DNA from: a virus
Lineage: Duplodnaviria > Caudoviricetes
Length of the DNA stretch: 64,000 bases
Direction: 5' to 3' (one strand)
IMG/VR virus record: IMGVR_UViG_3300035510_000283
Coordinates: 2,544 to 66,543 of that record
Shown: positions 63,387 to 64,000 of the stretch, one piece after another
Layout of the letters: each line of letters begins with the position of its first letter
Position numbering within the stretch: the stretch's first letter is position 1
Program-made: the position numbers and the translations under genes
The notes under the pieces: model-generated
Told to the model about the DNA's origin: nothing
The model's input: the letters and a program-made list of their open reading frames with translations, nothing else
Database searches by the model: none

Positions 63387-64000
63387 TTATTCAAGCGCTG
63401 CCTGCGCCGCAGCTACGCGCGCGATGGGAACGCGGAAGGGTGAGCAACTAACATAGTTCATACCAAGTTTTGCACAGAACTTAACTGATGACGGTTCGCC
63501 GCCGTGTTCGCCGCAAATGCCAACTTTGAGTTCGGGCTTGACTGAGCGGCCTTTTTCTACGCCCATGCGAACAAGTTGGCCAACGCCGTCTTGGTCGAGC
63601 ACTTCAAAGGGATCGGTCTTTATGATGCCATGTTCTTTATAGAATTTGAGGAATTTGGGTGCGTCGTCGCGTGAGAAACCGAATGTCATTTGCGTGAGGT
63701 CGTTCGTGCCGAATGAGAAGAAGTCGGCAACGGTTGCGATTTCGTTAGCGGTGAGTGCTGCACGCGGCACCTCAATCATTGTACCAATACGATAGGGGAT
63801 TGATTGGCCTTTTTCTGCAAATACTTTCGATGCTGTTTCGTTGATAACATTTGCTTGGTGTTGGATTTCTTTGAGTGAACCTACCAACGGAATCATGATT
63901 TCGGGGTGAACATCAATGCCGCGAGCTTTGCATGAAAGTGCTGCTTCGATGATTGCACGTGTTTGCATTTCAGTGATTTCGGGGTATGTGATGCCAAGAC
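63387..64000 (-). CDS. ppdK: Host pyruvate phosphate dikinase, C-terminal part
   Basis: [53 protein letters not shown]-utilising enzyme motifs. Confidence 0.97.
   Translation of the reverse strand, partial: LGITYPEITEMQTRAIIEAALSCKARGIDVHPEIMIPLVGSLKEIQHQANVINETASKVFAEKGQSIPYRIGTMIEVPRAALTANEIATVADFFSFGTNDLTQMTFGFSRDDAPKFLKFYKEHGIIKTDPFEVLDQDGVGQLVRMGVEKGRSVKPELKVGICGEHGGEPSSVKFCAKLGMNYVSCSPFRVPIARVAAAQAALE
63397..63410. repeat. Right att core inside ppdK
   Basis: Identical to 2221-2234. Confidence 0.9.

Larger units (their letters stand above)
2221..63410. mobile_element. Complete-looking temperate prophage (podovirus-like, Bacteroidales) integrated in the ppdK 3' end
   Basis: 14-bp att direct repeats at both ends, integrase, repressor, recombination and replication genes, terminase, portal, capsid, lysis cassette and DGR. 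Confidence 0.9.

Overview
Almost the whole window is one apparently intact temperate Bacteroidales prophage (2221-63410, about 61.2 kb). It is bounded by a 14-bp direct repeat (GCTGCCTGCGCCGC) that lies in the 3' end of the host pyruvate phosphate dikinase gene (ppdK, right edge). It looks podovirus-like: no tape measure gene, and portal, capsid, terminase, ejection-type proteins and a 5991-aa polyvalent protein are present. Its integrase is at the right end. The integrase and tape-measure fragment at 1-2220 belong to an older, deletion-damaged element at the same att site. The top candidate for a new system is a diversity-generating retroelement (DGR). Its reverse transcriptase is split over three overlapping ORFs joined by two +1 frame changes, with the catalytic aspartates on different ORFs. 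It has one template repeat and two variable repeats: one in the adjacent tail/receptor gene and one in a small early gene 10 kb away on the opposite strand. Other notable items are an array of four tRNA-shaped RNAs with aberrant arms, a 60-aa in-frame copy of the capsid N-terminal arm, a nuclease-FtsK fusion beside RecT, and a palindromic iteron-like cluster. Product names come from motif recognition by eye. No database searches were run, and domain boundaries are approximate.
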